From assembly GCA_051878345.1 (NCBI GenBank), contig JBJEJX010000074.1:13389-77388 (forward strand): DNA of 64,000 bases. The letters are read 5' to 3'. The notes below the pieces were generated by a model. The model was not told the origin of the DNA, did not search any database, and saw only the letters and a list, made by a program, of their open reading frames with translations. This document shows, piece by piece, positions 27,168 to 35,339 of this stretch (the first letter of the stretch is position 1; every line of letters starts with the position of its first letter). The DNA comes from Paludibacteraceae bacterium. Its GTDB lineage: Bacteria > Bacteroidota > Bacteroidia > Bacteroidales > Paludibacteraceae. Position numbers and translations under genes: made by a program.

Positions 27168-27903
27168 AACACTTCAGCAAGCAAATGTTAATACGTTCCT
27201 GCCACGAGCACTCAAATGAGAATCCACGCTTCTCAAGGCGGTAGGCAATTTCTTTACTTATAGTATCTAACTCCGGCAGACTCCATGCGCCTGATTCGGT
27301 GTTTTTATTCCGAAAGTGTTCCGAATATACATCCCACATCAACAAACGCAGACATCCAAACTCTTCCAACATCTCTTTCTGACGATCATAGTCATATTCG
27401 CGGAGATTGGTAAAGCAATATGCATACATGGCATCGAAACTTACCGCAGCATCCAGCATCACATCTCTTCTCTTTGTTCGAATCCGCTTGTTGACCTTTA
27501 TCTTGGTGAGATAGCGAGCCATTAACTCATTAAGTTCTAAGTCATGCGCTTGAATCATCTGACCCCAATAGCAATCCGGCAGTTGCTCAAATACCGCTTT
27601 CTTATAGGCGGACTTATCCGGATAGAACTCAGCAAAATATGCAAGCTGCTGTTTCTCCAATAGCAACATCGACTGCACCTGCTCCCTATCGAATAGGGTA
27701 ATTTCCGACATCACACGCAAACCTGATTTATTCTCTGCATAGTATTCGAAATGGATGGGTAACTTATTCCACCATAGGTCTGCTATCTCTGCCCAAACGG
27801 CTCTCATCAGCGCCTCATCTTCGGGGTGCTTTGGTAACCACTCTTGGGTTACCCAGTTATCTTCGAATGTACCTAAAATTGATATATCCATATCTTGTTT
27901 CAT
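27151..27903 (-). CDS. Hypothetical protein (first gene of the vWA-PP2C-kinase operon)
   Basis: 250-aa ORF that appears helical. No motif recognised. Confidence 0.6.
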   Translation of the reverse strand: MKQDMDISILGTFEDNWVTQEWLPKHPEDEALMRAVWAEIADLWWNKLPIHFEYYAENKSGLRVMSEITLFDREQVQSMLLLEKQQLAYFAEFYPDKSAYKKAVFEQLPDCYWGQMIQAHDLELNELMARYLTKIKVNKRIRTKRRDVMLDAAVSFDAMYAYCFTNLREYDYDRQKEMLEEFGCLRLLMWDVYSEHFRNKNTESGAWSLPELDTISKEIAYRLEKRGFSFECSWQERINICLLKCYGRRL

Positions 27904-27913
27904 AATAGTTTAT

Positions 27914-28055
27914 TGGATTAAGGATAAAGGACAATTTCTTTGAACAAAGGATTAAGGACATAGGATTAAAGACGAAATAGTTTTGACTCTGAAAACTCAT
28001 AGACGAAGGCAATAAGTCTTTCATCCTTCATCCTGTATCTTTCAAATCCTTAATC
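27914..28055. repeat. Low-complexity inverted arms (GGATTAAGGA / TCCTTAATCC family) inside the island
   Basis: ggattaaggataaaggac...ggattaaagacg faces gtctttcatccttcatcctgtatctttcaaatccttaatc. Related to 15584-15765. Confidence 0.7.
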
Positions 28056-28060
28056 AAAAT

Positions 28061-28297
28061 TTAGCATCCGGGGTACCAGCAATAGCCTCCGTCGTCCGAA
28101 TGTTGCATGCCTGACGATGTCTGAGCGATAATGCGGTTGCCCCGTACCATCAAGTCGTAGAAGTGGTCAGTGTACGATGTGTGTCGCGTCTGCCAATTGT
28201 AATAATTGCAGGAATTCAAGGTACCTGCCTCCAAGATTCGATCATTGTTCGAATCAATACGGATAATTTCCTCTCCGTACTGAACCATACTCGACAT
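28061..28297 (-). CDS. Small hypothetical protein with one Asp-box-like motif
   Basis: 78-aa ORF. SDDGGYCW fits the SxDxGxxW Asp-box pattern. A -7 box lies about 210 nt upstream. Confidence 0.4.
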   Translation of the reverse strand: MSSMVQYGEEIIRIDSNNDRILEAGTLNSCNYYNWQTRHTSYTDHFYDLMVRGNRIIAQTSSGMQHSDDGGYCWYPGC

Positions 28298-28508
28298 AAA
28301 GCAAATAATAGTTTATTAAAAATACACATAAAGGGAGTTCCATCTTCTGCCGACACATCGTAACTGCGACCAACTCTGTGTCATTAGAAAAAAGAACTTC
28401 CCTGTTATTCTTTTCGCTTAATAACTCCTTTTGCTCATCGACGTCGCAGGTCTCACAAAAGAAAGCACCCGCTTTCGTTCAGAAATCGTTCCTGTTCGAA
28501 AGCGAGTG

Positions 28509-28516
28509 CAAAGGTA
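28509..28516 (-). promoter_or_regulatory. Candidate -7 box (TACCTTTG on minus strand) inside the island
   Basis: The plus strand reads caaaggta within gcaaaggtactgc, the same context as the chromosomal promoters. No well-spaced -33 element is seen. Confidence 0.45.
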
Positions 28517-28600
28517 CTGCGTTTGCTCAAAGTTGGCAAGTGAGAGTTATGGGAAAGTTTGAAGACGACTCCCTGTTAAGAGAGGTTTTGAGGTCTCCAA

Positions 28601-29758
28601 TTATTTATACAAGATAGCGAAAAGTCTATCAAATTCTTTCTTGGAGATTTTTCCGGACTCCCACGCTTCGGAGATGCTTGGGTAGTCGGGTTGGGCTTGG
28701 AGCATTTTAGGATAATACCTACCATAGAATGCCATAAAATCTGTTTCAATGGTTTGTGTTTCCGCGGGATATAGTTCTTGGAAATGAAGATGCGATTGAT
28801 TCAAACTATCGCAATACGCAGAGGATATCCTGCCGACAAATTCACTATACGGATAGGGTGGGTTTTGAACGCACGTACAATACTTTTCGTATAAACGCAC
28901 ATACTCCTTGTGGGCATCTGCAGCATTAAATCCCTGCTGTTCGGTTGCAGTTTGAGGAGCAGGAATAGTCCAACAGAATATCCATACCAAGATTGCACCC
29001 AACAACAAGAGACAACTTATTATTGCTCGCCAAGCAGTAAGTGTTATTGCTTTGCGCAGTGCTGCAACCGTCTCGTATCTACGGTGTGGATTGGTTTGCC
29101 GGCATTTCCTTACTACCCGTCGGTATCTATGCGGAAATAGCAGTTGTATGATTTCCCCCAAAGCATAGATGTCGGCAGTAGGTGTTAGGCGGACGCTTTC
29201 CCCTGATTTCTGCTCTGGTGCGGCATATTGGGAAGTGTAGCCGATATTGGTGGCAACATACTCATCCTTATCTGCCATACCCAAGTCGATCAACCGAACA
29301 TGTCCATCGGTGGTAACAAGGATGTTTTGGGGCTTAATATCTGCGTGGATAATCTGTTTAGAGTGGAGATAATCTATCGCATCCAGCAGTTCATTCAGTA
29401 CCTTTTTGCGTTCAGTTATCGACCGATGGGGTAACCATTTGTCGATAGGTTGTCCATCCACATATTCCATGACAATAACCCAGCCTAAGTCCGAATAATG
29501 TTCCATCCGCCACACTCGCAAGATATGCGGGTTCTCGAGTTGCTGAAGTAGGTGATACTCTCGTTGTAGTTGGCTGAGCAACACTCCTTGATACGGATGA
29601 GAGGGCTGGATGGCTTTGAGAATTAGGCGTTGTCCGTTTTGGTGGGCGCAATAGATACGATGATGTTCCGTCTCGAACATCAGGGTGCATTGATTGACAG
29701 GGGCTGACTCCACTGAAGAAAAGTCCCTTGAGAATCCGGATGTAGTTTCTTCGCTCAT
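28601..29758 (-). CDS. Membrane-anchored Ser/Thr protein kinase with C-terminal extracytoplasmic domain
   Basis: 385 aa with LILKAI (Lys), HADIKPQNIL, IDLGMAD and YAAPE, one TM helix (IISCLLLLGAILVWIFCW) and then about 120 aa. Confidence 0.8.
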   Translation of the reverse strand: MSEETTSGFSRDFSSVESAPVNQCTLMFETEHHRIYCAHQNGQRLILKAIQPSHPYQGVLLSQLQREYHLLQQLENPHILRVWRMEHYSDLGWVIVMEYVDGQPIDKWLPHRSITERKKVLNELLDAIDYLHSKQIIHADIKPQNILVTTDGHVRLIDLGMADKDEYVATNIGYTSQYAAPEQKSGESVRLTPTADIYALGEIIQLLFPHRYRRVVRKCRQTNPHRRYETVAALRKAITLTAWRAIISCLLLLGAILVWIFCWTIPAPQTATEQQGFNAADAHKEYVRLYEKYCTCVQNPPYPYSEFVGRISSAYCDSLNQSHLHFQELYPAETQTIETDFMAFYGRYYPKMLQAQPDYPSISEAWESGKISKKEFDRLFAILYK

Positions 29759-30381
29759 TTGATTTTCACTTCACTAAGACCGTTACCCCGTCCTATCACA
29801 TACTCTCCCAAGTTTTGACCATGACGGGTTAGGTTGGTTAAAATAGCAGGTACCCCCACAATCATTTGTGAGCAATCAAACTCGTCTTCTGCCAATAGCA
29901 TGGTAGAGTGCGTTACCTGCTCAATACAAAAATGTTGATTGCCATCATATCTGACCTGCATTATTCTATTGGGTTGCCATACAATAAGCACTATCTGACC
30001 CACTGGTAGCGTTCTCATATCCACTCCGGCACAAGTGGCGACCCACCCCGAGTCTGCTTTTTCGTTGTTTGTTTGGTCAACAAAAATATCCCAATCAGGA
30101 TACCCTACATAACGACACAGAATATCCAACGACGAACGGTATATCGTTTGGGAATTGGTATGCCGCACTCCCCAAATACGGCGGATGGTATCAGCATTGA
30201 GTGCATTCTTGAGTTCTTCTTCGGCAAATAACTGTATCCGAAGTGTGGAATTCATATGCCCGTACTTCTTTTCAACAGCCATCCGCAGACGCGCAATAGC
30301 AGGGTGGGTATCTGGAATTTTTGATGGCATAACGGTTAGTTTTTGTATGGGGATATTCAAATTTCCAAGTCTCGACGGCAA
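29755..30381 (-). CDS. Hypothetical protein, possible N-terminal HTH, translationally coupled to the kinase
   Basis: 208-aa ORF whose stop overlaps the kinase start (ATGA). The segment TIRRIWGVRHTNSQTIYRSSLDILCRYVGYPDW resembles an XRE-like HTH, but weakly. The start codon is uncertain. Confidence 0.5.
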   Translation of the reverse strand: MPSRLGNLNIPIQKLTVMPSKIPDTHPAIARLRMAVEKKYGHMNSTLRIQLFAEEELKNALNADTIRRIWGVRHTNSQTIYRSSLDILCRYVGYPDWDIFVDQTNNEKADSGWVATCAGVDMRTLPVGQIVLIVWQPNRIMQVRYDGNQHFCIEQVTHSTMLLAEDEFDCSQMIVGVPAILTNLTRHGQNLGEYVIGRGNGLSEVKIK

Positions 30382-30440
30382 AATTACAACTATTTTTCGA
30401 TATAGCCAAAATTCATGTGTTTATTTGCGAATTTTTTCTT

Positions 30441-31196
30441 TTAATACTCTATAAGGGTGCACGCTTCAGGGATCTTGCCGACTAACGCTAATGCCTTCGG
30501 TGCTCTGATGGTACATTGGCAACCTTCGAAAGCCCTATCTCCAATGCTTATTACACCATTGGGGATGGTAATGGAGGTAAGAGAAGAGCAATCTTCGAAA
30601 GCCCTATCTCCAATGCTTGTTACGCTATTGGGAATAGTGATGGAGGTAAGAGCGGAGCAACCTTCGAAAGCCCTATCTCCAATGCTTGTTACACCATTGG
30701 GGATGGTAATGGAGGTAAGAGAAGAGCAATCTTCGAAAGCCCTATCTCCAATGTTTGTTACGCTATTGGGAATAATGATGGAAATAAGGGCGGAGCAACC
30801 AGAGAAAGCATAGTCGCCTATTTTGACAACACCATTCGGAATTATAAAGGCATCCCCGTGGTTAAGATGCTTACAACCACAAAAAGCATCATCGGGGATA
30901 ACTCTTAATGACGAAGGACTCTTAAACTCAATGCAAATTTCATTGCAACTATTTGCATCTATTCCCTCAAACTCTTCTAACGAACTTGGGAACTTAAAAG
31001 TCGTCCAATCAGGTATTTCGCAAAAATCAGATTTACGTATTGATTTGACCCCTTCCGGAATAATATAATCACTCTCAAACTGCCCATCAAAACTATCTGA
31101 CGTTACATGAGTTATTGGGCGCAAAGCCATCTTAAAATAGTCGCACTCATTAGGTGTCCATAGATACTTACCACTCTCTATTGTATCTATATCCAT
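30441..31196 (-). CDS. BspA-type LRR protein without signal peptide; frame stays open upstream to about 31486 with no ATG
   Basis: 251 aa from the first ATG, with near-identical 23-aa repeats (IPN.VTSIGDRAFE.CS.LTSIT). My translation shows the frame continuing ...IGYDKNAPINFRHIRVIKIYEDADDFEYKF... upstream. Confidence 0.7.
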   Translation of the reverse strand: MDIDTIESGKYLWTPNECDYFKMALRPITHVTSDSFDGQFESDYIIPEGVKSIRKSDFCEIPDWTTFKFPSSLEEFEGIDANSCNEICIEFKSPSSLRVIPDDAFCGCKHLNHGDAFIIPNGVVKIGDYAFSGCSALISIIIPNSVTNIGDRAFEDCSSLTSITIPNGVTSIGDRAFEGCSALTSITIPNSVTSIGDRAFEDCSSLTSITIPNGVISIGDRAFEGCQCTIRAPKALALVGKIPEACTLIEY

Positions 31197-31387
31197 AAAA
31201 TGCCATTTATAAGCATCTTTAAGTCTGTATATTCGGACTATTCCATTGGAAACGACTACTCTATGGGCTATGAACGGGTATTCAGAAAAATCATAATCAA
31301 AATCCTCTACACTGGTGAATTCGTAGGAAATTCTATCCGACCAAATTTCTACTGCTACTTCTAATGGATAGTATGTACATGCTCCGT

Positions 31388-32644
31388 TTATATAATAATA
31401 ATCAAATTTGTACTCAAAGTCATCCGCATCTTCATATATCTTAATAACTCGAATATGCCTAAAATTAATTGGAGCATTTTTATCGTACCCAATGTGGCGG
31501 CGGCACCTCCTAAGCCTGCAAGCGAGCCCACGTTCTTGCCTGTGTACATATCGCTCGCCAAGGTCTGGATATTATTCATCGTGAATTGGAAACCGAAGAG
31601 AATAATCGCCATGCAACATACAGCAACCATCGCTTCTTGCACAAAAGCTACATAAATAAGAGCCGGCAAGGTGATACAAGCACCTATTAGAATGGAGGTC
31701 TTCCGTGCAAAATTGATGCTTTTTCCGCTACTTACCAAATGGCTTGACACCCATCCGCCTGCTATAGAGCCGAGCGCGGCGCCTACATATGGTATCCACA
31801 TGTGGGCAGCCAACGCCTTTAGGTCCATTTGGTATTTCTGCCCAAGATAAATAGGTAACCATGTAACGAACATCCACCATACAGGATCTAGAAAGAATCG
31901 TGCTAAAATGACGGCATAACTCTTCGGCTTCACCAACAACTGCCCCCAGCTCAAACCCTTGTCCTGCTTGATGGTAGTCTCCGGCTGACCGCTTGTGATG
32001 TACTCGCGCTCCGCATCCGTAATCATTGGATGTTCTTTCGGACCTTTCTTGTTCAATACCAACCAGGGAATAACCCATAAAGGTGCAAGCAAACCAATAA
32101 TGACAAATGTTAGTTTCCAACCTACTGCTGTGCAGATAAGCGCAATCAAGATAGGAGCCAATATAGCACCGACCGATGCTCCGGCATTGAATAAGCCTTG
32201 TGCCATGGCACGCTCTTTCTGTGGGAACCACTCGGCATTGCTCTTCACCGTACCGGGCCATGGACCGGCTACGCCAAGTCCTAATCCGGCACGAAAACCG
32301 CATATTGACTTTACGCCCCCCGCCAAACTCATCAGCGCATCGGAGATACCCCATACGAGTGCGGATACGGTGAAACCTTTGCGAGTTCCAATCTTGTCAT
32401 ATAGTTTGCCCGAGAGCATCTGCGAGATACCATAAGCTACCATGAAGAACATGTTGATATAGGCAAACAGTTCTTTGCTGCGGCTGTTGAACTCCGCTTC
32501 GCTCAGTCCTTCGGCATCAATCAGCCCAAGATCGCGCACAATCTCCGCCCACATGATACCAAGGGTATTGCGGTCAAGGTAGTTGATAATCGTAACAATA
32601 ACGATTAACGAAAGCACCCACCATCTTAATCCTCTGATTTTCAT
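31388..32644 (-). CDS. MFS transporter (hexuronate/ExuT-like), C-terminal end apparently replaced at the island junction
   Basis: About eleven TM helices are recognisable. The last ~33 codons (KMLQLILGIFELLRYMKMRMTLSTNLIIII) are encoded by AT-rich island DNA. Confidence 0.7.
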   Translation of the reverse strand: MKIRGLRWWVLSLIVIVTIINYLDRNTLGIMWAEIVRDLGLIDAEGLSEAEFNSRSKELFAYINMFFMVAYGISQMLSGKLYDKIGTRKGFTVSALVWGISDALMSLAGGVKSICGFRAGLGLGVAGPWPGTVKSNAEWFPQKERAMAQGLFNAGASVGAILAPILIALICTAVGWKLTFVIIGLLAPLWVIPWLVLNKKGPKEHPMITDAEREYITSGQPETTIKQDKGLSWGQLLVKPKSYAVILARFFLDPVWWMFVTWLPIYLGQKYQMDLKALAAHMWIPYVGAALGSIAGGWVSSHLVSSGKSINFARKTSILIGACITLPALIYVAFVQEAMVAVCCMAIILFGFQFTMNNIQTLASDMYTGKNVGSLAGLGGAAATLGTIKMLQLILGIFELLRYMKMRMTLSTNLIIII

Positions 32645-32650
32645 AGCCCG

Positions 32651-32992
32651 CTATTTTAAAAAGTCTGCACGCATAGGCGAGAACGTGTCTATCAATATGC
32701 CCTCCTCCAAACATACACACCCATGCAATTCATCGGGGGCAACATAGTAAGCATCGCCTGCCTCAAGAATCTTCTTTTCCTCTCCTATTTGTAGCTCAAA
32801 TTTCCCGCTTGCCACGTATGTTGCCTGCGAGTGGTAATGCTCATGAGACGTGCCTACGGCACCCTTCTCGAAACACACTTTGACCAACATCAGTTGACCA
32901 TCATACGCCATCACCTGACGACGAATACCGGGAGCAGGATTCTCCCATTGTACATCTTTCTCATAAACAAAACTTTGGCTGCAAGTTTTCAT
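32651..32992 (-). CDS. Cupin domain protein (KdgF-like size and context)
   Basis: 113 aa with the cupin motifs GTSHEHYH and GDAYYVAPDELHG. Adjacent to the lyase and the uronate-type MFS gene. Confidence 0.7.
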   Translation of the reverse strand: MKTCSQSFVYEKDVQWENPAPGIRRQVMAYDGQLMLVKVCFEKGAVGTSHEHYHSQATYVASGKFELQIGEEKKILEAGDAYYVAPDELHGCVCLEEGILIDTFSPMRADFLK

Positions 32993-33010
32993 AATTTGTT
33001 AGATTTTATG

Positions 33011-35191
33011 TTAATAAATAAGGTGGTAATTGCCTGTCCAACGATACGTGTTACCGCCAATGTTTAGGGAGTGCTTTTGAGTGTTTGATTGATTTTGGTA
33101 TGCTATTATCAGCAACATTGGAGACACCTGTTGGCGGAATTGAAAGCGCACAGCGGTATATTGCTCATCGTCGTAGAGCAGTTCTATTTGCTGCACTTGG
33201 CTATATGCATTCTTGGTGAGTTCTAAATTCAAATCATATACTCCGTGAGGTTCCAATACGCTGACAAACGTGTAACTCTCTTGCGCGGGTTGGCGGAGAA
33301 TCACCGCGGGTTCATTACGCAGGTTCATATCGGGGTCATTGGCTCCCGAACGTGTAAGGTACACTTCTCCGTGATTCAACAGTGAACTGACGCTGTAGAA
33401 ACGGTCATCAAGCAGCCATGTAAACTGCACCAAACCGTTTACATCCTCGTTCTTCTGCTCAAGCCAAAGGTGTTCATATCCGAACTGCGTCCCCATGGGA
33501 ACCAACATTTGACTTTCTCTTTTGCAAGGGAACGAACTCCATATCAGTTGACCATTATAGTGAAAAGGCAGGTCGTATGTGTGGGGCTCGCTTGCATGTG
33601 CACGCATGATATCGATTGTTATAGGGAAATCCAAGTTAGGATTCTCTACGAGCGCAATAGTCCTGTCTATTCCGATTCTTTCGGGTAGATAAGCATTATT
33701 GTCAGTGGCGGACACTATCTGTATACTGTCAGTAAACTGTGCAAAGTTGATACGACTGGCATAACGCATGGAAGTGTTGTAGTCTGCATGGAAATGGGAG
33801 GTTTCATCTGCCACCAGCGTATTGTGAGCTACGGTTTGCATGGCATAGGTGTCATTTTCGTGGGTGTATCTTCCACCTGATTTCGACTCGATATTCAAGA
33901 AGCGGGCAGCACCGTAATCGGTCAGAATTTCATGGTGGTTGTCATACATGGCAACGGTCAATTTGTCATAATGCCCGTGGGATAGCCCGTGAGACGTAGC
34001 TTTCAGCGTAAGTAACATGTTTTTATCGGTACGGCTGCGCATGAGTGCTACGCCGCCTTTGTCGCCATATTCTCCGTCACACAGTAGCATGGAGTGGTAC
34101 TCAAACGGTTTGCTTTTACCTTCAGCCACAGCGATGGCAGTGGAGATTCCGGCTGCCGATAAAGTATAGGTCGTTTGTTGGGCGGCTATATCCAACAGCT
34201 CCGGACTGCGGCTGACGTAGTAGGCGATATTCAGGGCACATACTATCTCCTGTGTAGAGAACGTTTTCTCCAAAGCATCGTTCATACGTAAGATAGTGCC
34301 GTCATAAGATTGTTCTATCAGTCCGTTCATTGCTTTCAGCAGAATCCCGTCCCTACGCTCGAATATCGCCAATTCGGGTTGACAAAGTTCAATGGCTTGA
34401 CCAAAGAGCATAAATGGCCAGATAGCATACCGCAGATAGTAAGCTCCCTCTGTAAAATAGCCGTCAGGCGAGAATAGTTTTTCCAATTGTAGCAGGAATC
34501 CGCCTTTTCCGTCTTTCTCACTCCCGTACAAAGCACGGTCTATGAGGTCTTGATTACCCATGACATAGCCTATCATACCCACAGCGGCATTTGCCCATGT
34601 GGCATGGTTGTGCATGCGGTTGAACGTCTTGTAGTTGGCAGGGGTTCCTTGCTCAATGAAGCGGGCAATCGGTAAAAACAAATTCTTCTCCACAAAAGCC
34701 CTCTCTTTGGCGGACATATAGTCGTATACACAATCGTATGCCATCGCTGTGTGCACTAACCACACCGATTCATTCAGCGTCTGCCAAAACAAACGTCCTG
34801 GTACAGGAGAACCTACATAGGGGTGTTGACCCAGCGTGGGGTATAATTGGGCATACTCGTGCAACATTTGACATACAAAATCGGCATATTTCTGTTCCCC
34901 GCTCACTTGGTAAACAATGCCCGCATAGTACATGGCATAGTAGTTCTTCTTGTGTTGCTCATGCGTATAGCCTCCGGCAGCGTCTTTGGGTACAGGAACA
35001 TCAATCCCGCTTTCCAATGCGGCATCTGCTTCTGCTAAGGCGTAAGCATACGATTGGTCGAAACGTTCGTACTTCCCCAACGATTCGCGTATCATCCGTA
35101 CACCGTCTGGACTAAGAGAGATACAGGGGTGCCCTGCTCGAACGCCGAGAGAAAGTACTAAAAAGAAGAAAAGCAAATTCGTCTTACGCAT
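33011..35191 (-). CDS. Heparinase II/III-like / alginate-lyase-like polysaccharide lyase
   Basis: Start moved to ATG 35191 (MRKTNLLFFFLVLSLGVRAG, a signal peptide). SHGLSHGHYDKL is typical of the heparinase II/III domain. Confidence 0.75.
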   Translation of the reverse strand: MRKTNLLFFFLVLSLGVRAGHPCISLSPDGVRMIRESLGKYERFDQSYAYALAEADAALESGIDVPVPKDAAGGYTHEQHKKNYYAMYYAGIVYQVSGEQKYADFVCQMLHEYAQLYPTLGQHPYVGSPVPGRLFWQTLNESVWLVHTAMAYDCVYDYMSAKERAFVEKNLFLPIARFIEQGTPANYKTFNRMHNHATWANAAVGMIGYVMGNQDLIDRALYGSEKDGKGGFLLQLEKLFSPDGYFTEGAYYLRYAIWPFMLFGQAIELCQPELAIFERRDGILLKAMNGLIEQSYDGTILRMNDALEKTFSTQEIVCALNIAYYVSRSPELLDIAAQQTTYTLSAAGISTAIAVAEGKSKPFEYHSMLLCDGEYGDKGGVALMRSRTDKNMLLTLKATSHGLSHGHYDKLTVAMYDNHHEILTDYGAARFLNIESKSGGRYTHENDTYAMQTVAHNTLVADETSHFHADYNTSMRYASRINFAQFTDSIQIVSATDNNAYLPERIGIDRTIALVENPNLDFPITIDIMRAHASEPHTYDLPFHYNGQLIWSSFPCKRESQMLVPMGTQFGYEHLWLEQKNEDVNGLVQFTWLLDDRFYSVSSLLNHGEVYLTRSGANDPDMNLRNEPAVILRQPAQESYTFVSVLEPHGVYDLNLELTKNAYSQVQQIELLYDDEQYTAVRFQFRQQVSPMLLIIAYQNQSNTQKHSLNIGGNTYRWTGNYHLIY

Positions 35192-35339
35192 GACTTGTAT
35201 ATAGATTTTAAGGTGTACAACGTACTCTGAAGGATTGAGTATAGCAAAACAAATTTGGTCAACCAATTTGTTTTTCGTGCAAAGATACAAAAAATAAATT
35301 GGTTGACCAAATTATTTGTAGAAAAAAAGTCTTTTTTTA

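Larger units (their letters stand above)
19737..31486. mobile_element. AT-rich genomic island next to tRNA-Pro with two serine recombinases and kinase/phosphatase/vWA/LRR cargo
   Basis: Base composition drops abruptly at about 19773 and rises again at about 31486. All ORFs are on the minus strand. Recombinase genes sit at the left end, and truncated genes sit at the right junction. Confidence 0.7.

Noticed and set aside
19737-31486. The island interpreted as a prophage or an integrative conjugative element.
   Set aside because: No capsid, terminase, tail, relaxase, coupling-protein or T4SS genes are present. Only the recombinases and signalling-type cargo are there.
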